DNA of 64,000 nt from Dictyostelium discoideum (Eukaryota). How positions within the stretch are numbered: the first letter of the stretch is position 1; each line of letters starts with the position of its first letter. The stretch lies in assembly GCA_000004695.1 (NCBI GenBank), contig CM000155.2:864001-928000 (forward strand). Reading direction: 5' to 3'. Shown piece by piece: positions 49,401 to 64,000 of this stretch. The notes under the pieces are model-generated. The model was not told where the DNA came from and did no database searches. It was given only the letters and a program-made list of their open reading frames with translations. Position numbers and translations under genes: made by a program.

Positions 49401-49707
49401 AAAAAAAGCCCCCATGTGAGTAATGGGACAAGTTGGTTGGATTTTTAAAGTTTTGTTATAATTAATTATACCAATAATATTAAACCTTTTTTTTTGAATT
49501 CCTGTATTTATAAAACAAAAACAAAAAAAAAAAACAAAAAAAAAAAAAATTTTTGGATAAAAAAAAAAAAAAAAAAATAGAAAGAAAAAAAAATAAAAAA
49601 ATAAAAAAACAAACTATTAACTACCTCTCACTCAATAATAATTTTAATGGGGAAAATAAAAATTCAGTTTGACATAAATGCTTTTTTTTTTTTTTTTTTT
49701 TTTTTAA

Positions 49708-49749
<42 letters not shown>

Positions 49750-51090
49750 ACTAACGACATTTTTTTTTTAAAATAATGTAGAGTATTTAAATATGGAAAC
49801 AAATAAATATGTTTTTTTTTTTTTTTTTTTTTTTTTTAAACAGCCTGTTGCTTGCTTCTTTTTTTCCAATTTTTTTTTTTTTCAAATTCAATTCATTAAT
49901 CTGTTTAGTAAAACTCAAATTCAATTTTTTATAAATATCTTACTTCTCAATAAATATAATTTTATTGATATAAACATAAAAAAATAAATAAAATAAAAAT
50001 AATTTTTAAAATAATTATCTGTTTTCATTGAATTTATTTTATTTTATTTTATTTTATTTTTTTCATTTTTTGATATTTTTTTTTTTTTTAATATTTTATT
50101 TGTTAAAAAACAATCTATAAATTCTAAAATTAGTTTGTATTGTTTATATAATTATTTAAAAATAAATACCAATAATTATTAAAATTCCATTTTCAATTTT
50201 CAAAAATCATTTTTATTAGATTGAATGTAAATATTAAAATAAAATAAAAAAAAAAAAATAAAAAAAAGAAAAAGAAAAAAAAAATAAAAAAAAAAAGAAA
50301 AAAAAAACACACAGAGATTTTTTTATTTTTTTATTTTTTGTATTGATAAAAAAAAAAAAAAAAAAACAAAAAACAAAAAACAAAAAACAAATTATAATCA
50401 AAACAATTGCATTTCTTTTCATTTTTTAAAATATTTTGGTATTTTTGTTTTGTTTTTATTCAATTTTTGTAAGAATTTCTTTTACGAGGATTTTTTTTAA
50501 AAACAGATTGAATTTGGTAAAAAAAAAAAAGTACTTTTTTTTAAACAATTAAAATATTGTGATTAGAGTTTTAATCCTTAAAAAAGATTTTTTGAAATTA
50601 ATATTTTGATAAATTTTTATAAATCTATTCCTATTACTAAATTAGTTTATTTTATTTTATTTCGATTTTGATTTTGAATTTTTTTTTTTTTTTTTTTTTT
50701 TTTCCAAATTAATTTAATAATTTTCATTTTTTTAAAATCATATTATTTTTATAAAAAGGATCATTTTTATTATTATTTTTATTTATTTCAATAATAATAA
50801 GGGGATAAAAATATAAATTTCTTTTTTAGGATTTTAATTTAATATTGTCTAAATAAAGACCCAAAAATGAATAAAAATAATATTAATTCTAAATAAAAAA
50901 AAATTTGTTTTAAACAACATGTTTTTATTTTTTTATTTTTTTTATTTTTTTTTTCAATTTTTTTTTTTTTATTTTTTTGAATTTTTATTTTTTATTTTTT
51001 TTAAAAAAAAGCAAACTTATTATAAAAATTTATTTCATTCTTTCAATACGCGCCAAAATTTTCTTTTTTTTTTTTTTTAAACAAAAGTAA

Positions 51091-51703
51091 ATGAAAGAAG
51101 ATAAAATAAATAGAGTTTTAAATTGCAATTATAAAGAGTTTTTAGAAATATATAAAGATGAAAGTAGTCAAAATGATTATCATTTAAAAAGAGGCGATAT
51201 AAATATAAAATTTACAAATTGGGCACAACAGACAACAACATCATCATCATCATCATTATCAACTACAACACAAACTGTGAATGAAGAAAGAACTATTATA
51301 TTTCAAGCACCAATAAATGCACCACAATCTGTATTAAAAATTATTGGAAAAAATGCAACTACAATCAATGAAAAACAAAAGTTATCAATTAATCATAAAC
51401 AATCAAGTATACATATTCAAACTTTCTATCAACCAGATATTATGGGTGAATATTTTAGTGTTGAAACTGAATGGTTTCTTAACACAATCGACAATGAAAA
51501 ATGTTCATTAGAACTTTCAATTCGTGTAACTTTTAATATGACATTTGTTGGTAACCTCTTTGAAGTTTTCATTATTAAAGCTGCTTCAGAATCTGCTCTT
51601 CAATATGTTGATATTGTTGAAGAGTTTTTAATGAAATTAAATAAAGAAAAACAATTAAAACAACAACAACAATTATTACAACAGCAACAACAACAACAAA
51701 AAT

Positions 51704-51756
<53 letters not shown>

Positions 51757-52243
51757 CTACAACAACTACAACAACTACAACAACAACATAAAAAACAAAA
51801 TAAAAAAGGATTAAAGCAACAAAATAAAAATAAAAATAAAAATAATAATATTAATAATAATAATAATAATAATAATCAAATAGTTCAAAAGTTACCACAA
51901 GAACCATATGAAAATTGGACAGTAGATTGTAATGTTGATCAAGTAAAGAAAGATTTGAATGTACATTTAGATAATTTAAAATTAAATTCATTGAATGCGT
52001 CTCAAGGTTTATTAAAAGTAGAAATTTCAATATCAGAAATGAAATCTGAGCAACAATTACAAATACAACAATTACAATTACAACAGCAACAACACCAACT
52101 ATTACAACAGCAACAACAACAACAACATCAACAACAAAATGTAAATAATTCATCCTTAAACTCAACATCAACAAGTGGAGACTCATCTACATCATTTTTA
52201 TCACCTTATAACCTTGGTTTAACTTCAAATAGAATAAATCATC

Positions 52244-52322
<79 letters not shown>

Positions 52323-52366
52323 GCAACAATTACATATTTACCAACAGCAACAATTACATATATACC

Positions 52367-52402
<36 letters not shown>

Positions 52403-52505
52403 ATAATCATCAACAATTACAAATTTATCAAAAGCAACAACACCACCACCAACAATATCATATGCATAATCAACAACGGTTACAAATTGAAGGTAATAAT
52501 AATAA

Positions 52506-52580
<75 letters not shown>

Positions 52581-52881
52581 TAATAATATGGATATGAATA
52601 TGAACAATATAAATATATCAAACATTTTAACAGAGATAGAATATAATAATAGAGCATTAAAAGAACAAAGATTGGTTTCTGAAGAAAGGATTGAGGAAGA
52701 GATTGAATCAATCTCTCAATATTTCGATGATATGGTGAAGTTACAAGAAGAAAGTAAACCTTGGTTCCCATCTTTTATTAATATTTCTTCTGTAATTATT
52801 GCTTTAGCTGTAATTTTATCATTATTTTCAAAAAGACCTATAATTCAAAAACAATTATTAAATCAAAGAAATAAAATATAA
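51091..52881 (+). CDS. Putative VASt (GRAM/Aster-like sterol-transfer) domain membrane protein (596 aa) with poly-Q/poly-N low-complexity regions and a C-terminal TM anchor.
   Basis: N-terminal about 190-aa domain ('ERTIIFQAPINAPQSVLKIIGKNATTINEKQKL...YFSVETEWFLNTIDNEKCSLELSIRVTF...FEVFIIKAASESALQY'). C-terminal 'WFPSFINISSVIIALAVILSLF'. The domain assignment rests on pattern only. Confidence 0.4.
52243..52326 (+). repeat. (CAA)28 poly-Gln tract. It is the longest of several CAA/CAG runs in the VASt-like gene.
   Basis: Direct read of the sequence. Confidence 0.9.
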
Positions 52882-52887
52882 TTTAAA

Positions 52888-52923
<36 letters not shown>

Positions 52924-53760
52924 AAGAATTAAGAATTAAGAATTAAAAAAATAAATTATAAAAAAAAAAAAAAAAAAATTAATTGCAAATTATAATTAAA
53001 TATATCCATAATATTTATTGGTTTATTTATTGTCAATTTTAATTAATGTTTATTTTTTTTTTTTTTTTTTTTTTATCGTTTTTGGAATAATTTTTTATTT
53101 TAATTTTAATTCTTTTAGATATAATAAATTAAAAAAAAATCCTATTTATAAGAAATATAAAATTACCAATAAAAAAAAAATTTTTTAAGAAAAGAACATT
53201 GTTTTAAGAAAATTTAAGCCATTTCAATCAATAAAACCATTTTCAAATCCGATTTTTTTTTAATTTTTTTTTTTATTTTTTTTTTTTTTTAATTGGATAA
53301 AAATAAATTAATCGAGTGTCAAATTTTAAAATTTAATATTTTTTTTTTTTTTATTTTTTTTTTTTTTGGGGTAACAATTGTATATAATTTTTTTTTTTTT
53401 TTATTTTTTTTAAAAAAAAAAAACCAATATTCACACACCAATAAACAAACACATAAATTGTTATATATATATATATACAAAAAACACATTTATGTGTGGT
53501 TTTGTTATTTATTAGTATTAAAATATTTTTTTAAAAATAATAATTTTTTTTTTTTTTTTATAAATAAAATACATATACAAAACAACGACAAAATTAATTT
53601 TAAAATAATTTCATATTAACATTTCAATTCATTTAAAATTATATTAATATCCAACACTTTTTTTTTCTTAAAAAAAAAAATAATATAAAAAAAAAATTAA
53701 ATAAATAAACTATAATTAACATTTGTGTTTTAAATTATTACTTTCACATTCATTTGTGGA

Positions 53761-53765
<5 letters not shown>

Positions 53766-53791
<26 letters not shown>

Positions 53792-53815
53792 CAAAACAAA
53801 ACAAAACAAAACAAA
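53766..53815 (+). repeat. (CAAAA)10 microsatellite just upstream of the DENN gene ATG.
   Basis: Direct read of the sequence. Confidence 0.9.
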
Positions 53816-53875
53816 AAAAATAAAAAAATAAAAAAATAAAAAAATAAAAAAAATAAAAAAAAAATAAAAATAATT

Positions 53876-57680
<3,805 letters not shown>

Positions 57681-57790
57681 AAAAAAAAAAAAAAAAAAAA
57701 AAACTTTGTATATGTATATAATAAAGATACTATTTATTTTTTTAATTAAATAAAAAAAAAAAAAATATTTAAAATTAATTTATTCTTTTT

Positions 57791-59035
57791 TTATTTATCA
57801 CTTTCTTTTCCATCTTCTCTTTCATCTTCTTTTTCATCTTCTTTTTCATTTTCATCATGATTATTTTGTTTTGGATTTTCTTTATTTTTCTTTTTTGGTG
57901 TTGGTTGAAGTAAACCTGCTAATCCAACTAAATTAAATCTTTTACATTCATTATAATTTGAAACAATTGAAACTCCACAATAAAACTAAAATAATAATAA
58001 TAATTAATAATTAATTAATAATTAATAATTAATAATTTTATAAAATAAAAATAAAGAAATAAATAAAAATACCAACTTTTATAATTTCAATAATAATTGT
58101 TAATTCTGGATTATTTAAATCAACTTTATGATTTGGATTAATTAATTTTGCAATTTCTTGAATATATTCCATTTTATTAATTTTTTCATTATTTCTGGAT
58201 TTAAATTCAATTTTATATTTTATAATTTTTTCTATTGGATCACAAAAATATTTATCAATTAAAATTTTAATTTCTTCCATCATATTTGATAAATGAATAA
58301 ATTTTGAAATTGGTATAAGTCTTGAAATTTCTCTTATTTATAAAAAATTATAAAAAATAAAAAATAAAAAATAAAATAAATAAAATAAATAATGAATATA
58401 AAGTTATTAAGTTAATTTTTATAATTATTATTATTTTTTGAAAAAAAAAAAAAAGGAAATTTTTACTTTGTTTTTAAAGTTTTTGAAGTTTCACAATCTT
58501 TAAAAATTCTTGAAGTTAAAGAAATTGGGTCAATATTTGAATTTTCTTTAAATGCCATAAATGCAATACCATTACATTTTAATGTATATTTTTTATATGG
58601 TGCTGATTTACCTGTAGTTTCTTTAACTTGTTGTAATTCTTGTTCAAATGCTTTATTAAAATCAAAATCATCATTATTATCATTTTTATTATTATTATTA
58701 TTATTATTTTCATTAACATATTCATTTAATAAATTATATAAATCTTTTGTTGCTTGAACTTCTCTACCATTACCAAATGTAAAAAGTAATCCTGGTTGAC
58801 CAAATATTGGATCATTTAAAACGGCTTTTGATGGTTTTAATGTTGATGGTAATGATGATTCTTCTTTTTCTTCTTTTTTTTTACCTTTTTTACTTTTTTC
58901 TTTATTCTCTAATTCCACTTCATCTTTTTTTTCTTCTTCTTCTTCTTTTTCATTATCTTTTAATTTCTTTTTATTTTCATCATTTTCATCATTTTCATTT
59001 TCAATTTTTCTTTTTAATTCATTATTTTCTGACAT
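57791..59035 (-). CDS. THUMP domain-containing protein 1 (THUMPD1)-like. Exons 59035-58467, 58332-58077 and 57985-57791, about 339 aa.
   Basis: 'GLLFTFGNGREVQATKDLYNLLNEYV' (human THUMPD1: 'GILITCNMNERKCVEEAYSLLNEYG'). 'EISRLIPISKF...KYKIEFKSRNNEKINKMEYIQEIAKLINPNHKVDLNNPELTIIIEIIK|FYCGVSIVSNYNECKRFNL' (human: 'FQIVYKSRNNSHVNREEVIRELAGIVCTLNSENKVDLTNPQYTVVVEIIKAVCCLSVVKDYMLFRKYNL'). Donors GTAAAA and GTTGGT. The latter is non-canonical, so the last junction is tentative. Confidence 0.7.
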
Positions 59036-59282
59036 AATTATTTCTGTTTTTTTTTTTTTTTTTTCCTAAAATTATAACCAAAAAATTAAAATAAGAATAA
59101 AAAAATAAAAAAAATGAAAAAATGAAAAAAATGATCGTTTTTTTTGTTTACAAAAAAAAAAAAACTTTTTTTTTTTTTTTTTTTTTTTTTTAATCAAAAT
59201 TTTATATTATTTTCATCATTTTACATTTTTCTTTTTTTTTTTTAAATTATTATTTTTTTTAAAAAAAAAAAAAGAAAAAAAA

Positions 59283-60659
59283 ATGGAAAATGTAATTACA
59301 AATAATAATAAAGGATTACCAAAATCAATATTAAAATTTATACCAGAACCAATTCAACCATTATTTGAAAATCCATTTTTTTCAGCAGGTTTCGGATTGA
59401 TAGGTGTTGGTTCAATTTTAGCAATGGGTAGAAAAGGATTTCAACAAGCAATGATACAATCGAGAAGATATTTTTTTGTATCAGTAGAGGTACCAAGTAA
59501 AGATAAATCATTTCATTGGTTAATGGAATGGTTAGCAACTAAAAAGAATAAAAACACAAGACATGTTAGTGTTGAGACTACATTTCATCAACATGAATCT
59601 GGTGATATAGTATCAAGAATTAATTTTGTACCAAGTGTTGGTACACATTATGTATTTTATAGAGGTAGAGTTATAAAAGTTGAGCGTTCAAGAGAGAAGA
59701 ATGTAATAGATATGAATAGTGGTAATCTTTGGGAATCAATTACACTCACAACTTTAGGTACTGGTAGACAAGTTTTCCAAAATCTAATTGAAGAGGCAAA
59801 AGAGATGGCTTTAGAGAAAGAGGAGGGTAAAACTTTAATTTATACATCAATGGGCACCGATTGGAGAAGATTTGGCCACCCACGTAGAAAGAGACCCATT
59901 TCATCGGTCATTTTGGATAAAGGTAAATCGGAATTAATCATTCAAGATGTTAAGAAATTTTTAAATAATTCAGATTGGTACAATGATAGAGGTATTCCAT
60001 ATCGTCGTGGTTATCTTTTATATGGTCCACCAGGTACAGGTAAAAGTAGTTTTATCACTGCTTTAGCAGGTGAACTTCAATTAAGTATTTGTATACTAAA
60101 TCTTGCTGGTAAAAGTGTTAGTGACACTTCATTAAATCAATTATTAGCAACTGCACCACAAAGATCAATTATTTTATTAGAAGATATTGATTCTGCAATT
60201 CAAACTGGTAATCATGATTTATCAGCAAAAAGCAATTCTGCCAATGCACCTTCAATTTCATCAGGTGGATTACAATATCAAGGCTATTATGGCAATCCTT
60301 CAGTTAGTAGTGGTGGTTCTGCTTTAACTTTTAGTGGTTTATTAAATGCATTGGATGGTGTAGCCGCAAGTGAAGGACGTATTTTATTTATGACAACTAA
60401 TCATCTTGAAAAACTTGATAAAGTTTTAATTAGACCTGGTAGAGTTGATTTACAAATCGAAATTGGTTTATGTTCATCTTATCAAATGGAACAAATGTTT
60501 TTAAAATTTTATCCAACAGATTTCGATTTAGCGAAACAATTTGTTGAAAAACTTGAAAATTATAAATTTAGTCCTGCTCAACTTCAAGCTTACTTTATGA
60601 CTTATTCAAATAATTCAATTGAAGCAATTAATAATTTAAATGAATTAATAAAAAAATAA
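59283..60659 (+). CDS. Mitochondrial chaperone BCS1 (AAA+ ATPase for Rieske Fe-S protein / complex III assembly), single exon, 458 aa.
   Basis: BCS1 N-terminal domain followed by Walker A 'LLYGPPGTGKSSFITALAGEL' and Walker B 'IILLEDIDSA', then 'GLLNALDGVAASEGRILFMTTNHLEKLDKVLIRPGRVD'. Confidence 0.9.
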   Translation: MENVITNNNKGLPKSILKFIPEPIQPLFENPFFSAGFGLIGVGSILAMGRKGFQQAMIQSRRYFFVSVEVPSKDKSFHWLMEWLATKKNKNTRHVSVETTFHQHESGDIVSRINFVPSVGTHYVFYRGRVIKVERSREKNVIDMNSGNLWESITLTTLGTGRQVFQNLIEEAKEMALEKEEGKTLIYTSMGTDWRRFGHPRRKRPISSVILDKGKSELIIQDVKKFLNNSDWYNDRGIPYRRGYLLYGPPGTGKSSFITALAGELQLSICILNLAGKSVSDTSLNQLLATAPQRSIILLEDIDSAIQTGNHDLSAKSNSANAPSISSGGLQYQGYYGNPSVSSGGSALTFSGLLNALDGVAASEGRILFMTTNHLEKLDKVLIRPGRVDLQIEIGLCSSYQMEQMFLKFYPTDFDLAKQFVEKLENYKFSPAQLQAYFMTYSNNSIEAINNLNELIKK

Positions 60660-61220
60660 TAAAATAAAATGAATGTAATCGTTCTATTTTATTTTTAGAA
60701 TTTAATTATATTCATTTTTTGTATTTGGTTTTTTTATTTTTAGGGAATATATTTTAAATAACTTTTATAAAATCAATATTCTCACAATTTTTCTTTTTTT
60801 TTTTTTTAATTTTTTTTTTTTTTTTTGAGTATTAATTCAAAAAAAAAATATATATATATATTTTATTAAATAATGGAATATATATATTTGATATACCAAT
60901 TGTTACCTATATTTGGTTATCAAGTTGTGTATAAAAATGAATAGCCTATCCATCTAAAAAGAGCTATAATTGGTGATCAAAACTTATTATTTTATTCCAC
61001 CCAATAAAACAAAATGATTTTATGGTTGTTAATTTTTTTTTTTTTTTTTTAAAAAACAATTGATTTTCATATTTTAATGATTGTCAATTTTATTGATTGT
61101 GTTTAGATTTTAAAATATTTTTTTTTTTTTTTTTGTTTTCTGTCTAAACACTTCAATTAAATATAAATTTATATCTTTGCTGTTTTCAATAAAAAAAGGA
61201 AGATTACCAAAAAAAAAAAA

Positions 61221-61438
61221 ATTATTATAAAATTGACTTTTTCTTTTTAAAAAAATTTATAAGAATAAAATGTGATTACAATAATACTATTATTTTTAAG
61301 AAATAAATTAAAAAAAAAAAAAAATAAAAAAAAAAAAAAAAAAATTATTATAAAATTGACTTTTTCTTTTTAAACAAATTTATTTATAAGAATAAAATGT
61401 GATTACAATAATATTATTATTTTTAAGAAATAAATTAT
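61221..61438 (+). repeat. Intergenic tandem duplication: two units of about 93 bp (61221-61312 and 61344-61438) at about 95% identity, separated by an A-run.
   Basis: The unit 'ATTATTATAAAATTGACTTTTTCTTTTTAAA.AAATTTAT..AAGAATAAAATGTGATTACAATAATA.TATTATTTTTAAGAAATAAATTA' occurs twice. Confidence 0.85.
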
Positions 61439-62085
61439 AAAAAAAAAACTATAAAAAAAAAATAAAAAAAAAACAACCAATCGTTGTCTTGTATCTGTGA
61501 TTTCTTAAGATATTTGTTTTTATTGTTGACGTTATTGTTGTATGATGTTATATAGCGTCATGAACCATGCCCGGGTGAGGTTGAAAAAGATTTTGTTGTT
61601 GGTATGAAAATAAAAAAAAAAAATAAAAAAAATAATTGGGAATTGTTTTTTTTTTTTTTTTTTTTATAAATTAATTAATTCCACAAAAAAGTTTTTTCTC
61701 ATCGGTAAAATTTTCTTATCTATCGATTATCGTAATTTGATGTGACTCACGATTGAACAACAACCTTCGGTTTTTTTTTTTTTTTTTTTTTGTAAATACT
61801 TATTAAAAAAACGATTGTCAATTTTTTAGCAGATCAAGATTTTTCATTTGCAGATATAAGAATGATTCAAAAAAAAAAAAAAAAATCTTAATTTATTTAT
61901 TTTTAATTTTTTTTTTTTTTTTGTAAAATTAATTTTTTTTTTTTTTTTTTCTATAAATTTTCTTTACAAATGTTTTTTTTTTTTTTTTTCTTTAATAAAT
62001 TATTATTATTATTTTATTTATATAAGTATATATATAAAAAATAATTAATAAATTTATAAAAATATAAAAAAAAAAAAAAAAAAAA

Positions 62086-64000
62086 ATGAATAAATTATAT
62101 TTTTCAATTTATTTTATAATTTTATCAATTTTAGTTACTTTATCAAATGGTCAATTATTTCCAATTACTCCAGTCCATTCAGTAAATGTTACATTAATTG
62201 ATAATGCTTCTTCACTAATTAATGCATTCGAATTACATCCATACTCAACAGCCGACTCAAGCTGTAGCTCAAAATTTGAATTCCTTGTTGATGGCAATGG
62301 TGTTCCAATAGAATCCGTTGTTCTTTCTAAAGGTTGGCCACAAGAAAGATTAAGAGTCAGTGATTCAAAAATAGTATATTTATATTATGATTATAATGGT
62401 TTTGGTTCATATAATGTTACTATTAATATTAAATTAAAAGATACTCCATTAGTTCAATACCAATTAGAATTTTCATGCACTGGTAAGTAATAACATTTAT
62501 TAAAAAATAAAATAAAATAAAAATATATATATATATGTATTTACTAATATTTATTTACCAATAGAATTTGACTTAAGTAAAATTGAAATTAAATTTGCTC
62601 AAGAATATCCATTTTCTGTAGTCAACCAAAATTTTGCATCATGGGTTACTGTTAAAGGTTTTGATATTAAATCTACATCTTTATCAACCAGTGGTTCATC
62701 AGGTACTTTCGGTGCATATGGTATGTTTATTTGGAACACACAATATATTGTGGATCATGTATATGAAGATTGGAGTGTTACAATTTTATTTTATGGTGGT
62801 AAAACTTTAAATCTTACTACAAAATCATATTATTCTCAATGTATGTATTCTTTTTTTTTTTTTTTCAAAATATTATTAATATTTTATTTTTAAAAGGGTT
62901 ATTAATATTTAAAAAATTTTAATTTTTTATTTTTATTATTATTTTTTAGATGAAAATCAATTACCACCATTACCATATGAAACTAAATTCTTCCCACCAG
63001 ACATTCTTGATTCTGAACCATTTAATCCATTTGGATTTTATAGTTTCCCATTATCTAAATTTAAAATTAATACAACAATCTTTAGACCTTTCCAAGTTTT
63101 AAATGTTGTAAACTATGGTTCAATTTTATCATTCCCAACCAAAGGTATTAAAGGTGATATGGAATATAGTACCCTTTTTTTAAAAGTAACAGGTGAAAAC
63201 GTTAATGAAATAGATTTTACAATTATTAATCAAAATGGTCATAATCCACTTGTTAAAACTAATTTTACAATTGAATATAATAGTAAGTTTTATTATATAT
63301 ATATTTTTTTTATTATTATATTTTAAATAGTTTTTATTAATAATATATTTTCTTTTTATAGAATTCTTTTTCCCAAATTTATCAAATGTTCCAGTTAATC
63401 TTGAAGTTGAAAGTGATATGTTTTGTACATCATTTTCAAATAACTTTTTTAAATATACAAGTTATTTATATCAATTCGATACCAATTCTGTCGTAAAAGG
63501 TTTCCCATATGGTTTCTCTGGTGATAACAATAATTATAAAAATAATATTTGTTTTGAAAGAACACCACAAGCTACTTATATAAATTTTAGAACTGAAAAC
63601 AACTATGATGATTATAAAACTTTTAATGTTCCAGAATTACGTCGTAAGTTAACAAAAAAAAAAAAAAAAAAAAAAAAACTATTAAAGTCAAAATATTATT
63701 TTTTTTTAAATATTAATTTTATAAATAATTTTATTATTATTATAGCATATGAATTTTCACCAATAAAAGTTGAATCATATAATATTTTAACAGTTTCACC
63801 AACAAAATTCCTTTTAACAATTAATATTTCTTCAAGTGTTGGTATTAATGCAGTACAATTTTTATCAACAGTTTCAAAATCAAGTTATGAATTTTTAATT
63901 AGTGGTGATAAATATAATGGTACTTATCAAGCTGTTATCGATGTTTATAATACTCCATCATTTAGAGATGAAAATGGTAATTGGTTAAGACTTTATGATG
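62086..64000 (+). CDS. Secreted protein of unknown function with multiple exons. Exons 62086-62482, 62565-62840, 62950-63282, 63362-63643 and 63746 to beyond 64000. It has an N-terminal signal peptide and many N-glycosylation sequons, and the 3' end lies outside the window.
   Basis: 'MNKLYFSIYFIILSILVTLSNGQ' signal. Four GTAAGT/GTATGT donors with (T)nAG acceptors maintain one open frame (phases 1, 1, 1, 1). Confidence 0.65.

Noticed and set aside
53293-53619. ORFs in nearly pure A/T intergenic DNA (21564-21797, 46640-46861, 49793-49987, 50234-50422, 53293-53619, 53716-53940, 58807-59037, 59338-59538)
   Set aside because: Poly-F/K/I/N translations of A/T homopolymer runs. They have no start context and no coding periodicity, and some lie antisense to real genes (THUMPD1, BCS1).

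Overview
The window is AT-rich (about 75-80% A+T) nuclear DNA from a dictyostelid social amoeba, with sequence hallmarks of Dictyostelium discoideum. Supporting features: very AT-rich intergenic DNA, short AT-rich introns with GTAAGT...AG boundaries, and long (AAT)n and (CAA)n tracts encoding poly-N and poly-Q. Nothing prokaryotic (CRISPR, operons) is present. Two mobile-element clusters occupy about 40% of the window. (i) Positions 1-17522 hold a same-orientation tandem array of five insertions of two related L1-like, tRNA-gene-targeted (TRE-type) non-LTR retrotransposons, here called 'element 1' and 'element 2'. Element 1 is about 5.3 kb; its ORF2 carries a FADD reverse-transcriptase motif. 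Element 2 is about 5.2 kb and about 55% identical to element 1 at the protein level. (ii) Positions 28711-34185 hold an inverted, apparently intact second copy of element 1. It sits 75 bp downstream of, and on the same strand as, a tRNA-Phe(GAA) gene (34266-34339, minus strand). That geometry suggests the TRE3 (downstream-integrating) class. The two element-1 copies are more than 99% identical and form a 5.3-kb inverted repeat around a 23-kb host segment. The host genes carry short introns and include: V-ATPase subunit a (vatM), a tandem pair of SLC35F/Thi74-like transporter genes, a NUDCD2-like CS-domain protein, TIM21, the condensin-II kleisin NCAPH2, the histone chaperone NASP, an MJ1316/DUF504 protein, an F-box protein, a VASt-domain protein, a large DENN-domain protein, THUMPD1, mitochondrial BCS1, several poly-N-rich Dictyostelium-type proteins, and a multi-exon secreted protein truncated at the window end. 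A frameshifted secreted-glycoprotein pseudogene lies immediately beside the transposon array. Note that the supplied ORF track accepts GTG/TTG starts, so many of its 'M' residues are not real initiators and several ORFs are internal exons.
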